A stretch of 32,000 nucleotides of DNA from Rhizomicrobium sp. (GTDB lineage: Bacteria; Pseudomonadota; Alphaproteobacteria; Micropepsales; Micropepsaceae): NCBI GenBank assembly GCA_035944195.1, contig DASZBL010000024.1, forward strand, positions 8,720 through 40,719, written 5' to 3'. The notes beneath the pieces are model-generated. The model had not been told where the DNA came from and did no database searches. It saw nothing but the letters and a program-made list of their open reading frames with translations. A program made the position numbers and the translations under genes. Shown here in pieces: positions 1-8,304 of the stretch; the stretch's first letter is position 1; each line of letters opens with the position of its first letter.

Positions 1-473
1 CGCGAAAGACCTTCGATGCGCCGGAGTACCACGGCTTCGCGGCCGCGCGGGGGCAAGCGATCCAGCGCTGCATGCAGCTTGCGCAGCACATCGCGCGCGA
101 TGACGCTGCGATCGGGGCCCGGCGCATCGAAGGCGGCATCCAGCGCGTCCAGATCGGCCACCGCATCGATGGGAACGATCTGTTCGCGGCGAATGCGATC
201 GACGAGAAGATTGCGCGCCGTCGCCATCAAAAATGCCTTGGGGTGATCGGGGATGCGGCTTTCCGCAGCCGTCAAAAGCTGCGTGTAAACCTCCTGGCGC
301 AGATCTTCGAGATCGCTTCGGTTGCGCCAATTCTGATGAAGAAAATTCATCAACATCGCCTCTAGCGGCAGCACCTCGCGCACAAACCAATCCTTGACGT
401 CAGACACAGCTTCGCCTGCATCCGGACATCGCGAATCCGGTCCTGTCCGCGTTGGTTCTTTTGTCTCGCCCAT
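1..473 (-). CDS. ECF (FecI-type) sigma factor, partial; the C-terminus lies beyond the left window edge. First gene of a fourth cassette.
   Basis: Absent from the ORF track because it runs off the edge. The reverse complement from ATG (473..471) reads MGETKEPTRTGPDSRCPDAGEAVSDVKDWFVREVLPLEAMLMNFLHQNWRNRSDLEDLRQEVY...RLPPRGREAVVLRRIEGLSR. It is collinear with the three complete sigma paralogs at 6293-6871, 12664-13245 and 19075-19659. Confidence 0.85.
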   Translation of the reverse strand, partial: MGETKEPTRTGPDSRCPDAGEAVSDVKDWFVREVLPLEAMLMNFLHQNWRNRSDLEDLRQEVYTQLLTAAESRIPDHPKAFLMATARNLLVDRIRREQIVPIDAVADLDALDAAFDAPGPDRSVIARDVLRKLHAALDRLPPRGREAVVLRRIEGLS

Positions 474-600
474 CCCCCGCGCGCCGCCGCCTTTCGAGGG
501 GTTAGAGTTTAAGAGCACGCGTATAAGACGATGAAGCGGCGCGGCTGTCGGGATAGGCGGCAAAGTTTTTTTATGCCGCAACGCAGCAGGGTAAATTTCC
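474..600 (-). promoter_or_regulatory. Leader/promoter region of the cassette-4 sigma gene, with boxes shared with the other cassettes
   Basis: Minus-strand reading contains TTGCGGCATAAAAAAAC, CATCGTCTTATA, TAAACTCTAACCCCTCGAAAGG and GGGGGATG(start). Near-identical boxes occur upstream of the 19659 sigma gene, and partial matches occur upstream of 13245. Function was not determined. Confidence 0.3.
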
Positions 601-644
601 AGGGATAGAGCCGGCGCCAGCATTCCGGCCCCTCGGCCGAAAAA

Positions 645-681
645 CCGGAGAAAAATAAAGGCGCTGGATTGCTCCAGCGCC
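645..681 (-). terminator. Rho-independent terminator closing cassette 1
   Basis: Perfect 9-bp stem GGCGCTGGA / TCCAGCGCC (660-668 / 673-681) with a 4-nt loop. On the minus strand it is followed by TTTATTTTTCT, about 45 nt downstream of the outer-membrane protein (OMP) stop at 725. Confidence 0.7.
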
Positions 682-724
682 CCAGATTTTCCTAAGGAGT
701 GCGCGACGTCCGCGCCCAGATCGC

Positions 725-1900
725 CTAATCGCCCAATCCAATGCTGATGCTGGCGAAAGGTCCCTTGAAGCCCAGCGTTTCTTTTCTGGAAGCGTCAATG
801 CCGCCATCGATAGCGCCCAAGAAAAAGTCGGCGCGATAGCCCAGACTCATTTTTGCGTCGGCATAACGATATGAAAGCCCCGCGAAACCTCCCACATTGG
901 GCACCATGACGGAGCGGGCGGCGCTGTGTCCGCCCGATTTGCTGTAGGTTTGGACACCGGTTCCGATGCCCTGGAATTGCTGGAATTTGCTTTTGTAATG
1001 GCCGGATTCATGATGCTGGACGCGTGCTTTCTGTTTACCGAACAACACGCTCGCATTGACGCCCCAATCGAGTGTCGCCTCACCGTCTTCCAAATCCCCG
1101 AGGAATGGCGCCGAGGCGTTCCATGAAAGCGACGGACCGACACCGCGGAAGCTGCGCGAGGCTTGCGCTGTGGCATGATAGGTATGGAAGTACAAAAGAG
1201 GGACCGTCAGCACGGTATTGCTCGGCAGGAATGTGCTGTTGGTGGCGTATTTTACGTGCAAATCCGGCCGCGCACGCACGTCGAATGTCGATCTCGACGC
1301 GAATTGCGCAAACCGGACACCGATATTGATTTCAGACGAACTGTGTTTTCCGAACATCCCAAGGCCGAGGTCCTTGCCCGCGGAGAAATCAAGGATTGCG
1401 TGCGTTTCCTTGTGACGCACATTGGTGTCGGAGAAATCTGAGGTGCCTCTTATATTGTCGGTAGGGCCGGTCGGATGACCGTTGTGGTATTTGAAATAGT
1501 GAAAACCATTTGTCTGATGATCGACTTCCTGCGAATTGCCCGAGCGGCCGATACGCACCGAGGCGGAGAATATCCAGTTCGAATCCTCGGGCTCGAATGA
1601 AATCTTGCCTTCTTCTCCGAAGCTGAACTTCGGCGGCTTCTGCGCCTGCAGCGGCGTTATGTGGCCTAGGACCGGCGACGTAGAATTTTTTGCCAGAAAA
1701 TCGGGCGCAAAAACCTCTCCCTGTCCACTTATATTTTCCGCCTGCCCGCCCAGTTCGATCCAGATCAGCGGGCGATCGGCGTCAGTGCCAGCAGCTTCCG
1801 CATCACTTGCCGCATAGGCCGAGGCCAGCAACGCCAGCGCTGAAACGGTCGAAAGAAGTTTCCAGCGGATTGTGGGCGATGCATTCACGTTGGTGTTCAT
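725..1900 (-). CDS. Putative outer-membrane beta-barrel (porin-like) protein co-transcribed with the TonB-dependent receptor (TBDR); family uncertain
   Basis: Track ORF 725..1918. I prefer ATG at 1900 (MNTNVNASPTIRWKLL...), which is preceded by GAGGGGGA about 8 nt upstream and aligns with the paralog starts at 8287 and 14620. It has a signal-peptide-like N-terminus (LLSTVSALALLASAYA). Composition is rich in G/S/F/Y with alternating beta-strand-like segments. The C-terminal block LGYRADFFLGAIDGGID...FKGPFASISIGLGD is conserved. Confidence 0.8.
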   Translation of the reverse strand: MNTNVNASPTIRWKLLSTVSALALLASAYAASDAEAAGTDADRPLIWIELGGQAENISGQGEVFAPDFLAKNSTSPVLGHITPLQAQKPPKFSFGEEGKISFEPEDSNWIFSASVRIGRSGNSQEVDHQTNGFHYFKYHNGHPTGPTDNIRGTSDFSDTNVRHKETHAILDFSAGKDLGLGMFGKHSSSEINIGVRFAQFASRSTFDVRARPDLHVKYATNSTFLPSNTVLTVPLLYFHTYHATAQASRSFRGVGPSLSWNASAPFLGDLEDGEATLDWGVNASVLFGKQKARVQHHESGHYKSKFQQFQGIGTGVQTYSKSGGHSAARSVMVPNVGGFAGLSYRYADAKMSLGYRADFFLGAIDGGIDASRKETLGFKGPFASISIGLGD

Positions 1901-1918
1901 TGTTATTATCCCCCTCAC

Positions 1919-4900
1919 TCAAAAGTTCTTGGTGACGCGCACGCCATAGAGGCGCGGGTCAGTCAGGAACACATTCGTTGTCAATCCGCTGTCGTCGCTG
2001 TTCAGGAAATCGCCGGTGATCGCTGTGGTGTCGAACACATTCTTGAGATAGCCCAGCACCTGCCATCCATTCGCGCTGGTGAGAATGAGCGCGAGGTTCG
2101 TACTCGAATAGCCGCGTATCTTGTCGTAGGGACGATCGTTGAACACACGCGCAAAACTTTGCGACTGCCAGTAGAAATCGCCATGCAATGTAGCGGCCCA
2201 ATCTTCCGACACAGGCATCGTGTATTCGCCCGTCAACGACGTCGTGAAATGCGGCGCATTGGGAAGCTGATTGCCGCCGACGTTTTTTGTGAATCCCTCG
2301 CCATTATTGATGGCCGGCTGCGACGGATCGAAACCCGGATAGCCGGCCGGTATGGGGGCTGGATCGCCGATAGTCTGCGAGGCCGTGCTGATTCCCGTGG
2401 GATCGGGTGTGTAAGGCCGGTTTGTAACCGGATCCAGATGACTGTTGTAAGCCACTTCGCAGGCAAATGGCCCGATACCGCCCTGCTTATTTGGAAAAGC
2501 ATCTGCAGGATCGTTGTAAATACTCGTGGGCTGCTCTTTCAAAAGGGCGGCCAACACATAATCAGGCAGGATGCAATTCGAGGCCTGCGTGGGGAACGGT
2601 TTGATCACCATCCATCCCGGCATTCCGGCGGTGCGGTCCATCAGATCGATGGCACTCTGGCCGTCATTGATTCTGGTGCTTTCGTAACCGCCTGCGAACG
2701 AGAATTTCAGGCCCGGCGCTGGCTCCCATGTCGTCTCAATCTCCGCACCTTTCACCTTGGCGTTGAAATTCAGATTGATGGAGGTGCGATCCACGATCTC
2801 CGAGATCTGATAGTCCTTGTAGTCGTAATAGAAAATATCGCCGTTCAGCGTCATCGAGCCGTCCAGCAGCGAATTCTTGGTTCCAAGCTCGAACGCCCCG
2901 ATATATTCCGGTCTGAAGGTCAGAGGGTGAATCGGTTCGGCAACCGCGCCATCGCCGAATTTGGGAAACTCCGCGCCCGGCGGATTGGCGCCGCCCGCCT
3001 TGTAGCCATGCGCATAGGAACCATAGACCAATGTTTGATCGGTGAAGTCGAGATGGGGCGTCCAGTTCAATACGGCGCGGCCCGTTAGCCTGTCCCATTG
3101 CTGGTTCACCACAGCGGTGACGGGATAGCCATAACCTTGATCGACGACTTCGCTGGGAATATCGCTGAAATGTTTCTTGTCGATCGTATAACGCAAGCCG
3201 GCCGTCAGCTTCAGATTGCCGGCGATGTCATAATAGGCCTCGCCGAATCCCGCGTAGGAATTCAGCGTATAAGGATTCTGGCTCAAGAAATAATTGTGGC
3301 CCTTGTTGTTGAGCTTTCCGATCGGATTCGTGTCGATATAGACGCAAGATTGGAAAGGCTCGCCGCCGCCCACTGCGGGGCTGAGATTTTGCCAGCCGCC
3401 GCGGAAATTATCCCGCTGAATGCAGTCGCTATGGTCGAGCGTGCTTTGATCGCCGAACTGATCTTCTCCCAGCGCATAGACCGTCAGCGCATTGATGAAG
3501 ACGTAGTAATTTTCTTCCGTCTCGTAATGAAGGTAATTGCCGCCGGCGCTGAAATTGAACGGGCCGCTGAAATTCGAAGTCAGGCGAAACTCCTGACTCA
3601 ATTGCCACGCGCCCTCCTCGGACATGTCCTGGGCAACCACCCGGTCCGAGCAACCCAATTGAGGATCGCAGAATATGGACGCTCCGGGCACGGCAGGATC
3701 GGGAAAAAACACCGGCGTCGGAAAATGATATGCGCCGGATGGCGCCGAGAATACGCCCGGCGTCGTGTCGAAGCGGTTGTAATCCTCGCTCGATGACAGC
3801 AGATCCCGATTATATCCGGTTTGGGATGTCAGCGTCAGTGACGGATCGAGATTGTAATTGGTGTTGAACTCCAGCGTATCGTTCTTTGCTTTATATTTCG
3901 GCACAAGCGCCGATTGGATGCTGCGCAGATCGGCGGACTGCGTCGTTTCGGCGTAGGGGTTGCTTGGGCTGCCGTCGGAAGGACTCAAGCTCAGCGCAAT
4001 GACAAAGGGCAGCGACGGACCGAACGGTACCTGGAATGCGCTGGGAGAATAAAGCGATGTCGGCACGCAGCCCTGGCTGGTGTAGTTCTGGTCCAGCGTC
4101 AACGCGCCTCCGGCGTTCACCGCCGCATTGGGTGGATTGGAGCCAACGCCCGGCACCGGTACGCCATTGATCACTGTCACCGGCTGGGAGGTTTCGCAAA
4201 GCTGCTTGGCCGTGCGCATGCGATCGTCATTTTCGCCGAAATGTTCCCAGACAAGATCGGCCTCGAAATTCGTGGACGGTTTCCAGCTGAGCGTGGCGCG
4301 GCCCGACCAGAGGTCGCGTCCATCGACGGGTGTGTTCAATGTCGTGTCGAATGTGTAACCGTCGCGCTTCGTCCATTCGCCTGCAAAGCGGACATCGAGC
4401 CGGTCATCGACAATTGGAATGTTGATCATGCCCTCGAAGCGGCGATTGTGATAATTGCCGACATCGGCCGAAGCCATGGCTTCGAATTGATCCGTCGGTT
4501 TGGCGGAAATCACATTCACCACCCCGGCGGTCGCGTTCCGGCCGTAGAGCGTTCCTTGCGGGCCGCGCAAAACTTCCACTTGGCCTACGTCGTAGAATTC
4601 CTGTTCGAAGAAATGGTTGCGGATGAAGGGAATATCGTTGAAGGCAACAGCAACCGCGGGATCGGTGGTGACGGAAATGGCCTGCGTGCCGATACCACGA
4701 ATCTGGATGTTGTAGCCCGTGAAGTTTGTTTTCGAGAAAGTGAGGTTGGGTACCTCTTTCACAAGATCAGGGCCGCCCGCGATCTGCCGCGATGTAAGCT
4801 GCTCCTGGGATAGCGCAGTGATCGCAATCGGAACCGTCTGAATATCGCCTTTGATTTTCGACGAGGTGACGACCACCGATTCAATTGACGATGAAGATGC

Positions 4901-5257
4901 CGCTTCAGCGGATGCGGCAACCACGATCCGGCTGATCGGGCGCAAGCTCTGCACGGCGTCTTCATGAATGATGGCAATACCGCCCGCCTCATGGCGCATC
5001 GCAAAGCCCGTGCCCTTGAGTATGCGCGAAAGGGCGCCATCGGGAGAAAGATCGCCCTGCACGCCTGCGGTGCGCGTGCTGCGCATTTCATCGTCGGGGT
5101 AAATGAGATCCACGCCGGTGGCGTTGGTGTATTTGTCCAGCGCCGTTTTCAAATCGCTTGGCGGAATGCTGAAAGTTTCCGCCGCAGCAGCGCCCGTTAG
5201 AAGAAGAGTGGCGAGGCTGCCGATGGAAACGGAATTGAGAAAGCCCAACTTTGTCAT
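1919..5257 (-). CDS. TonB-dependent receptor with N-terminal STN/FecA-type signalling domain (transducer class), 1112 aa
   Basis: Signal peptide, then STN-like segment FSIPPSDLKTALDKYTNATGVDLIYP...LSRILKGTGFAMRHEAGGIAII. TonB-box-like ESVVVTS. Plug motifs VEVLRGPQGTLYGRNATAGVVNV. C-terminal beta-signal ...RLYGVRVTKNF. RBS GGGGGGA lies before ATG 5257. Confidence 0.95.
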   Translation of the reverse strand: MTKLGFLNSVSIGSLATLLLTGAAAAETFSIPPSDLKTALDKYTNATGVDLIYPDDEMRSTRTAGVQGDLSPDGALSRILKGTGFAMRHEAGGIAIIHEDAVQSLRPISRIVVAASAEAASSSSIESVVVTSSKIKGDIQTVPIAITALSQEQLTSRQIAGGPDLVKEVPNLTFSKTNFTGYNIQIRGIGTQAISVTTDPAVAVAFNDIPFIRNHFFEQEFYDVGQVEVLRGPQGTLYGRNATAGVVNVISAKPTDQFEAMASADVGNYHNRRFEGMINIPIVDDRLDVRFAGEWTKRDGYTFDTTLNTPVDGRDLWSGRATLSWKPSTNFEADLVWEHFGENDDRMRTAKQLCETSQPVTVINGVPVPGVGSNPPNAAVNAGGALTLDQNYTSQGCVPTSLYSPSAFQVPFGPSLPFVIALSLSPSDGSPSNPYAETTQSADLRSIQSALVPKYKAKNDTLEFNTNYNLDPSLTLTSQTGYNRDLLSSSEDYNRFDTTPGVFSAPSGAYHFPTPVFFPDPAVPGASIFCDPQLGCSDRVVAQDMSEEGAWQLSQEFRLTSNFSGPFNFSAGGNYLHYETEENYYVFINALTVYALGEDQFGDQSTLDHSDCIQRDNFRGGWQNLSPAVGGGEPFQSCVYIDTNPIGKLNNKGHNYFLSQNPYTLNSYAGFGEAYYDIAGNLKLTAGLRYTIDKKHFSDIPSEVVDQGYGYPVTAVVNQQWDRLTGRAVLNWTPHLDFTDQTLVYGSYAHGYKAGGANPPGAEFPKFGDGAVAEPIHPLTFRPEYIGAFELGTKNSLLDGSMTLNGDIFYYDYKDYQISEIVDRTSINLNFNAKVKGAEIETTWEPAPGLKFSFAGGYESTRINDGQSAIDLMDRTAGMPGWMVIKPFPTQASNCILPDYVLAALLKEQPTSIYNDPADAFPNKQGGIGPFACEVAYNSHLDPVTNRPYTPDPTGISTASQTIGDPAPIPAGYPGFDPSQPAINNGEGFTKNVGGNQLPNAPHFTTSLTGEYTMPVSEDWAATLHGDFYWQSQSFARVFNDRPYDKIRGYSSTNLALILTSANGWQVLGYLKNVFDTTAITGDFLNSDDSGLTTNVFLTDPRLYGVRVTKNF

Positions 5258-5312
5258 AATCCCCCCTGTTTTGACTTCTGTTGCGAACGGAATCGCGCGA
5301 CGTCGCCGCCGT

Positions 5313-6296
5313 TCACGGTTCCCGCGAAATCACGATGTCCCCGTTGCGATCCTTGATGCCCAGCTTGAGCGCATCGCGCACAACCAGCGCAAACCGGTGC
5401 ACGTCGGTCACCGTGAATGCGCCGCCTATGACCCGGCGCGCGACATCGTCGTCAGCGAGCACGATTTTCCGGCTGTTGTAACGATTGAACTCCGCAGCGG
5501 CATCGGCGAGCGTCGTGTGATTGAAAACGAGTACGCCGCGGCGCCATCCCAGCTCATCCGCCAGATCCTGTTGCGATTTCGCTGTCAGCCTCAGCGATTC
5601 CGGTGTCGAAACGACAACCTCGCCGGGCTTGAGCGTGAAGGATCTGGCGCGCACGCTTTGACCGTCCTCAAATCGTGCGCGGCCTTCCACGAGCGCCACT
5701 TCGAGGCGGCGCGGATCGTTGCGGATCAGAAATTCCGTTCCGATATCGGTAATGCGCCGATTTGCAGCTATCACGACAAAAGGGTGAGCGGGATCGTGCT
5801 TCACCTGGAAATAGGCTTCGCCTTTTTCCAACCAGACGGTTCGTTCGCCGCGCGCGCCCGAAAGCCTGATACGCGTATCGGTGTTGAGATCGATCAGCGT
5901 GCCATCGCTGAGACGAAGCGTTTCACGCCCACCCACCCCGGTGGTGTAGATTTTGGGCTGTGGAATAACATATTGCGCCGCGCCCGCGCCGATCGCTGCC
6001 ACAAGCGCAATGGACGCCGCAAGCTTCATCAAAAATCCGCGCGGATCGTGCGCGTGCGCCGCCTGTTCAATGCGGAAAGGGCGCAGGGCACCGAGCAATT
6101 CGGTGCGCTTCCAGCCTGCTTCAAGACGCAAAAAAGCGATGCGGTGTGCCGGCGAAGCGCACAGCCACGCATCGAATTCGGCCTGGTCTTCTTTTTCCCA
6201 ACTGCCGAAATCCCGCCGTTCGATCCAATCGGCCGCCACACGGCTCAACTCGTCGATGCTTTCGGCGGTCACCGGTTCCGACACCAATCCGCTCAC
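5313..6296 (-). CDS. FecR-like transmembrane anti-sigma factor / signal transducer
   Basis: N-terminal anti-sigma segment AADWIERRDFGSWEKEDQAEFDAWLCASPAHRIAFLRLEAGW, a single TM (LAASIALVAAIGAGAA), and a periplasmic FecR-type region (GERTVWLEKGEAYFQVKHDPAHPFVV...TDIGTEF). The GTG start overlaps the sigma stop by 4 nt (GTGA). Confidence 0.9.
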   Translation of the reverse strand: MSGLVSEPVTAESIDELSRVAADWIERRDFGSWEKEDQAEFDAWLCASPAHRIAFLRLEAGWKRTELLGALRPFRIEQAAHAHDPRGFLMKLAASIALVAAIGAGAAQYVIPQPKIYTTGVGGRETLRLSDGTLIDLNTDTRIRLSGARGERTVWLEKGEAYFQVKHDPAHPFVVIAANRRITDIGTEFLIRNDPRRLEVALVEGRARFEDGQSVRARSFTLKPGEVVVSTPESLRLTAKSQQDLADELGWRRGVLVFNHTTLADAAAEFNRYNSRKIVLADDDVARRVIGGAFTVTDVHRFALVVRDALKLGIKDRNGDIVISREP

Positions 6297-6871
6297 GTCT
6301 TTCCTCCGGAACTGTCGCGATAAAGGGTTTCCACGAGCGCGCAGATGCCCCAGCTGAGATATTGCGCGGCCGTTCCTTCGGTTATGCCCATGCGCTGCGC
6401 GATTTCGCGCCGCGACAATCCCTCGATGCGGCCAAGCACGACCGCCTCACGCCAGCGCGGCTGCAATTTCTCGAGTGCCGCCTGCAAACGGCGCAGTTCA
6501 TCGCGCGCCATCACGACACGTTCGGGCCCCGGCGTGTCGCCAGCGACGTCGAGCGTGTCGAAATCCAGCGCCGCATCGATGGGGATGACGAGCGCCTGGC
6601 GCACGCGGTCAATCAGCAGATTGCGGGCGGTGGCGAAAAGAAATTGCTTGGGTTTTTCCGGAATGCGAATGGTGGCGGCTTCGTAAACACGGATGTAAAT
6701 CTCCTGCCGCAAATCGAGGATTTCGGCTTTGTTACGCCAATTGTGTTGCAGGAATTGCATCAACGAACCCTCAAGCGGCACAATCTCGCGCATGAACCAT
6801 GCGTCTGCATTCGACATGGCGCTGGCCACATCTGAGGAACGCCCGCCCTGATGATCAGGTCTCTCGACCAT
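6293..6871 (-). CDS. ECF (FecI-type) sigma factor, cassette 1
   Basis: Track ORF 6293..6895. The start at ATG 6871 (MVERPD...) was chosen by alignment with the paralog N-termini MIETSD, MAERPE and MGETKE; 6883 or 6895 are possible alternatives. Region 2 reads FLQHNWRNKAEILDLRQEIYIRVYEA...ARNLLIDRVR. Region 4 reads REAVVLGRIEGLSRREIAQRMGITEGTAAQYL. Confidence 0.88.
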   Translation of the reverse strand: MVERPDHQGGRSSDVASAMSNADAWFMREIVPLEGSLMQFLQHNWRNKAEILDLRQEIYIRVYEAATIRIPEKPKQFLFATARNLLIDRVRQALVIPIDAALDFDTLDVAGDTPGPERVVMARDELRRLQAALEKLQPRWREAVVLGRIEGLSRREIAQRMGITEGTAAQYLSWGICALVETLYRDSSGGKT

Positions 6872-7061
6872 TCCCTCGAACATCCGTTGCGTCACCCCGA
6901 TATTCGACGCTTGTATATTCCGACGAAATAGGGCGCGGGTTGTGAAGGGTGGCTGGGCGCGGATTTTCAGTAATTAATCGGCACAGACGCGGAAAATTAC
7001 CTTTGAACGTGCGACGCATGAATTTGCGGCATCGCAGCAACGCAGGTGCAATGCGGGAAGG
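6872..7061 (-). promoter_or_regulatory. Leader/promoter region of the cassette-1 sigma gene
   Basis: Intergenic between the cassette-2 terminator and the sigma start. It contains AATTTTCCGCG and CGTCGGAATATAC on the minus strand, which only loosely resemble the boxes in the other three leaders. Confidence 0.2.
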
Positions 7062-7100
7062 TCAAAAACAAAACGGGCAGCGGATCGCTCCACTGCCCGT
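7062..7100 (-). terminator. Rho-independent terminator closing cassette 2
   Basis: 12-bp stem (one mismatch) ACGGGCAGCGGA / TCCACTGCCCGT at 7073-7100, followed on the minus strand by TTTGTTTTTGA. It lies about 27 nt downstream of the OMP stop at 7127. Confidence 0.7.
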
Positions 7101-7126
7101 TTGCAGCAATTCCGATTTGGCCGGAG

Positions 7127-8287
7127 CTAGTCGCCCAACCCGACGCTGATGCTGGCGTATGGACCCTTGAAGCCGAGCGTTTCAGATCTCCGCGCGTCGA
7201 TACCGGCGTCCATCGCGCCGAAGAAAAAGTCCGCGCGATAGCCGAAGCTGACTTTGAAATCCTGCACGCGCCAGGAAAGGCCCACGGAACCACCGACGTT
7301 CGGCACGGTGACCGAGCGGTCGGTGTCGTGGCCGGCCGGCGGATGCTGATACGTCAGAGCGTAGTACCCCCCATTTTGGAGTATCCCGTAACGGCTAAGG
7401 TAGTGCGCGGTTTCCTGATGTCGCGCATGAGCCTTTTGCCTGCCAAACAACAGCGCCGCATTCGCGCCCCAATCCAATGTCAATTCACCGTCCTGCTGAT
7501 TGCCCACGAACGGCGTCGAGCCGCTCCATGATAGCATTGGGCCTACGCCGCGAAAACTGCGCGAGGCTTCACCAATGGCATGATAAGTGTGAAAATATGG
7601 AAGCCGAAATTCAATCTCTGGATGGCCGAAGGCACCGAGAGTTGCATATTTGAACTGTATATCCGGCAGCGCCCTCATTTCGACGGACGCTTTGGATGTG
7701 AACTGCGCAATCCGCACGCCCAAGCTGACAGTCGATGTGCTGTTCTCGCCAAACATACCGAGGCCCACATCCTTGCCAGCCGTAAAGTCGAGAATTGCAC
7801 GACTTTCCTCTCGGCCTGCTTGCGTGTCAGCGAATTTGTGCTTGAAGAGAATATTACCCGGATGCGGAACGCCGCTGTTGTATTTTGTAACCAGCACATT
7901 GTAGGTCTGGTGATGAACTTTTCGTGAACTGCTCGACCGGCCGTATTGTACGCTGGCGGAAAAAACCCAGTCAGAACTTTCGGGTTGGAACGAAATCCTG
8001 CCGTCTTCGTCGAAACCGAATTTCGCTGGCCGCTGCGCCTCGAGCGGCGTTACGGAATTCAAGACGGGCGAGTGGGGATTTGCCGCCAGGAATGGGGGAG
8101 CAAAAACCTCTCCCTCCCCGCTCACATTTTCCACCTGGCCGCCGAGTTCAAGCCAGATCAGCGGCCGGTCGGTATCCTCAGCCGTCGCCACGTTTATGGA
8201 TGAAACAAGTGCCAGAGCCGATGCGGATGTCAGCAATTTCCATCGGATGGTTGCGCGGCTGTCGCTTGCGTTTATGCGTTCGCTCAT
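7127..8287 (-). CDS. Putative outer-membrane beta-barrel (porin-like) protein, paralog 2
   Basis: Track ORF 7127..8308. Preferred start is ATG 8287 (MSERINASDSRATIRWKLL...) after GGGGGAAA. It is collinear with 725-1900 and 13463-14620 and ends ...FKGPYASISVGLGD. Confidence 0.8.
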   Translation of the reverse strand: MSERINASDSRATIRWKLLTSASALALVSSINVATAEDTDRPLIWLELGGQVENVSGEGEVFAPPFLAANPHSPVLNSVTPLEAQRPAKFGFDEDGRISFQPESSDWVFSASVQYGRSSSSRKVHHQTYNVLVTKYNSGVPHPGNILFKHKFADTQAGREESRAILDFTAGKDVGLGMFGENSTSTVSLGVRIAQFTSKASVEMRALPDIQFKYATLGAFGHPEIEFRLPYFHTYHAIGEASRSFRGVGPMLSWSGSTPFVGNQQDGELTLDWGANAALLFGRQKAHARHQETAHYLSRYGILQNGGYYALTYQHPPAGHDTDRSVTVPNVGGSVGLSWRVQDFKVSFGYRADFFFGAMDAGIDARRSETLGFKGPYASISVGLGD

Positions 8288-8304
8288 TGTCGTTTCCCCC
8301 TCAC

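Noticed and set aside
474-724. Small ORF 571..807 (78 aa, minus strand) and other short ORFs in the cassette-boundary regions
   Set aside because: This ORF overlaps the OMP 3' end and the terminator hairpin, has no RBS, and has Arg/Ala-rich composition. The region is better explained as terminator plus next promoter/leader.
2159-6323. Plus-strand ORFs of 230-406 aa antisense to the TBDR and FecR-like genes (2159..3088, 3098..3796, 3914..4813, 5103..6323). Similar ones occur at 9307..10167, 15862..16299 and 16585..17061.
   Set aside because: These are shadow ORFs. Their sequences are Arg/Ile/Ala-rich with no motifs, and each lies wholly inside a strongly supported minus-strand gene.
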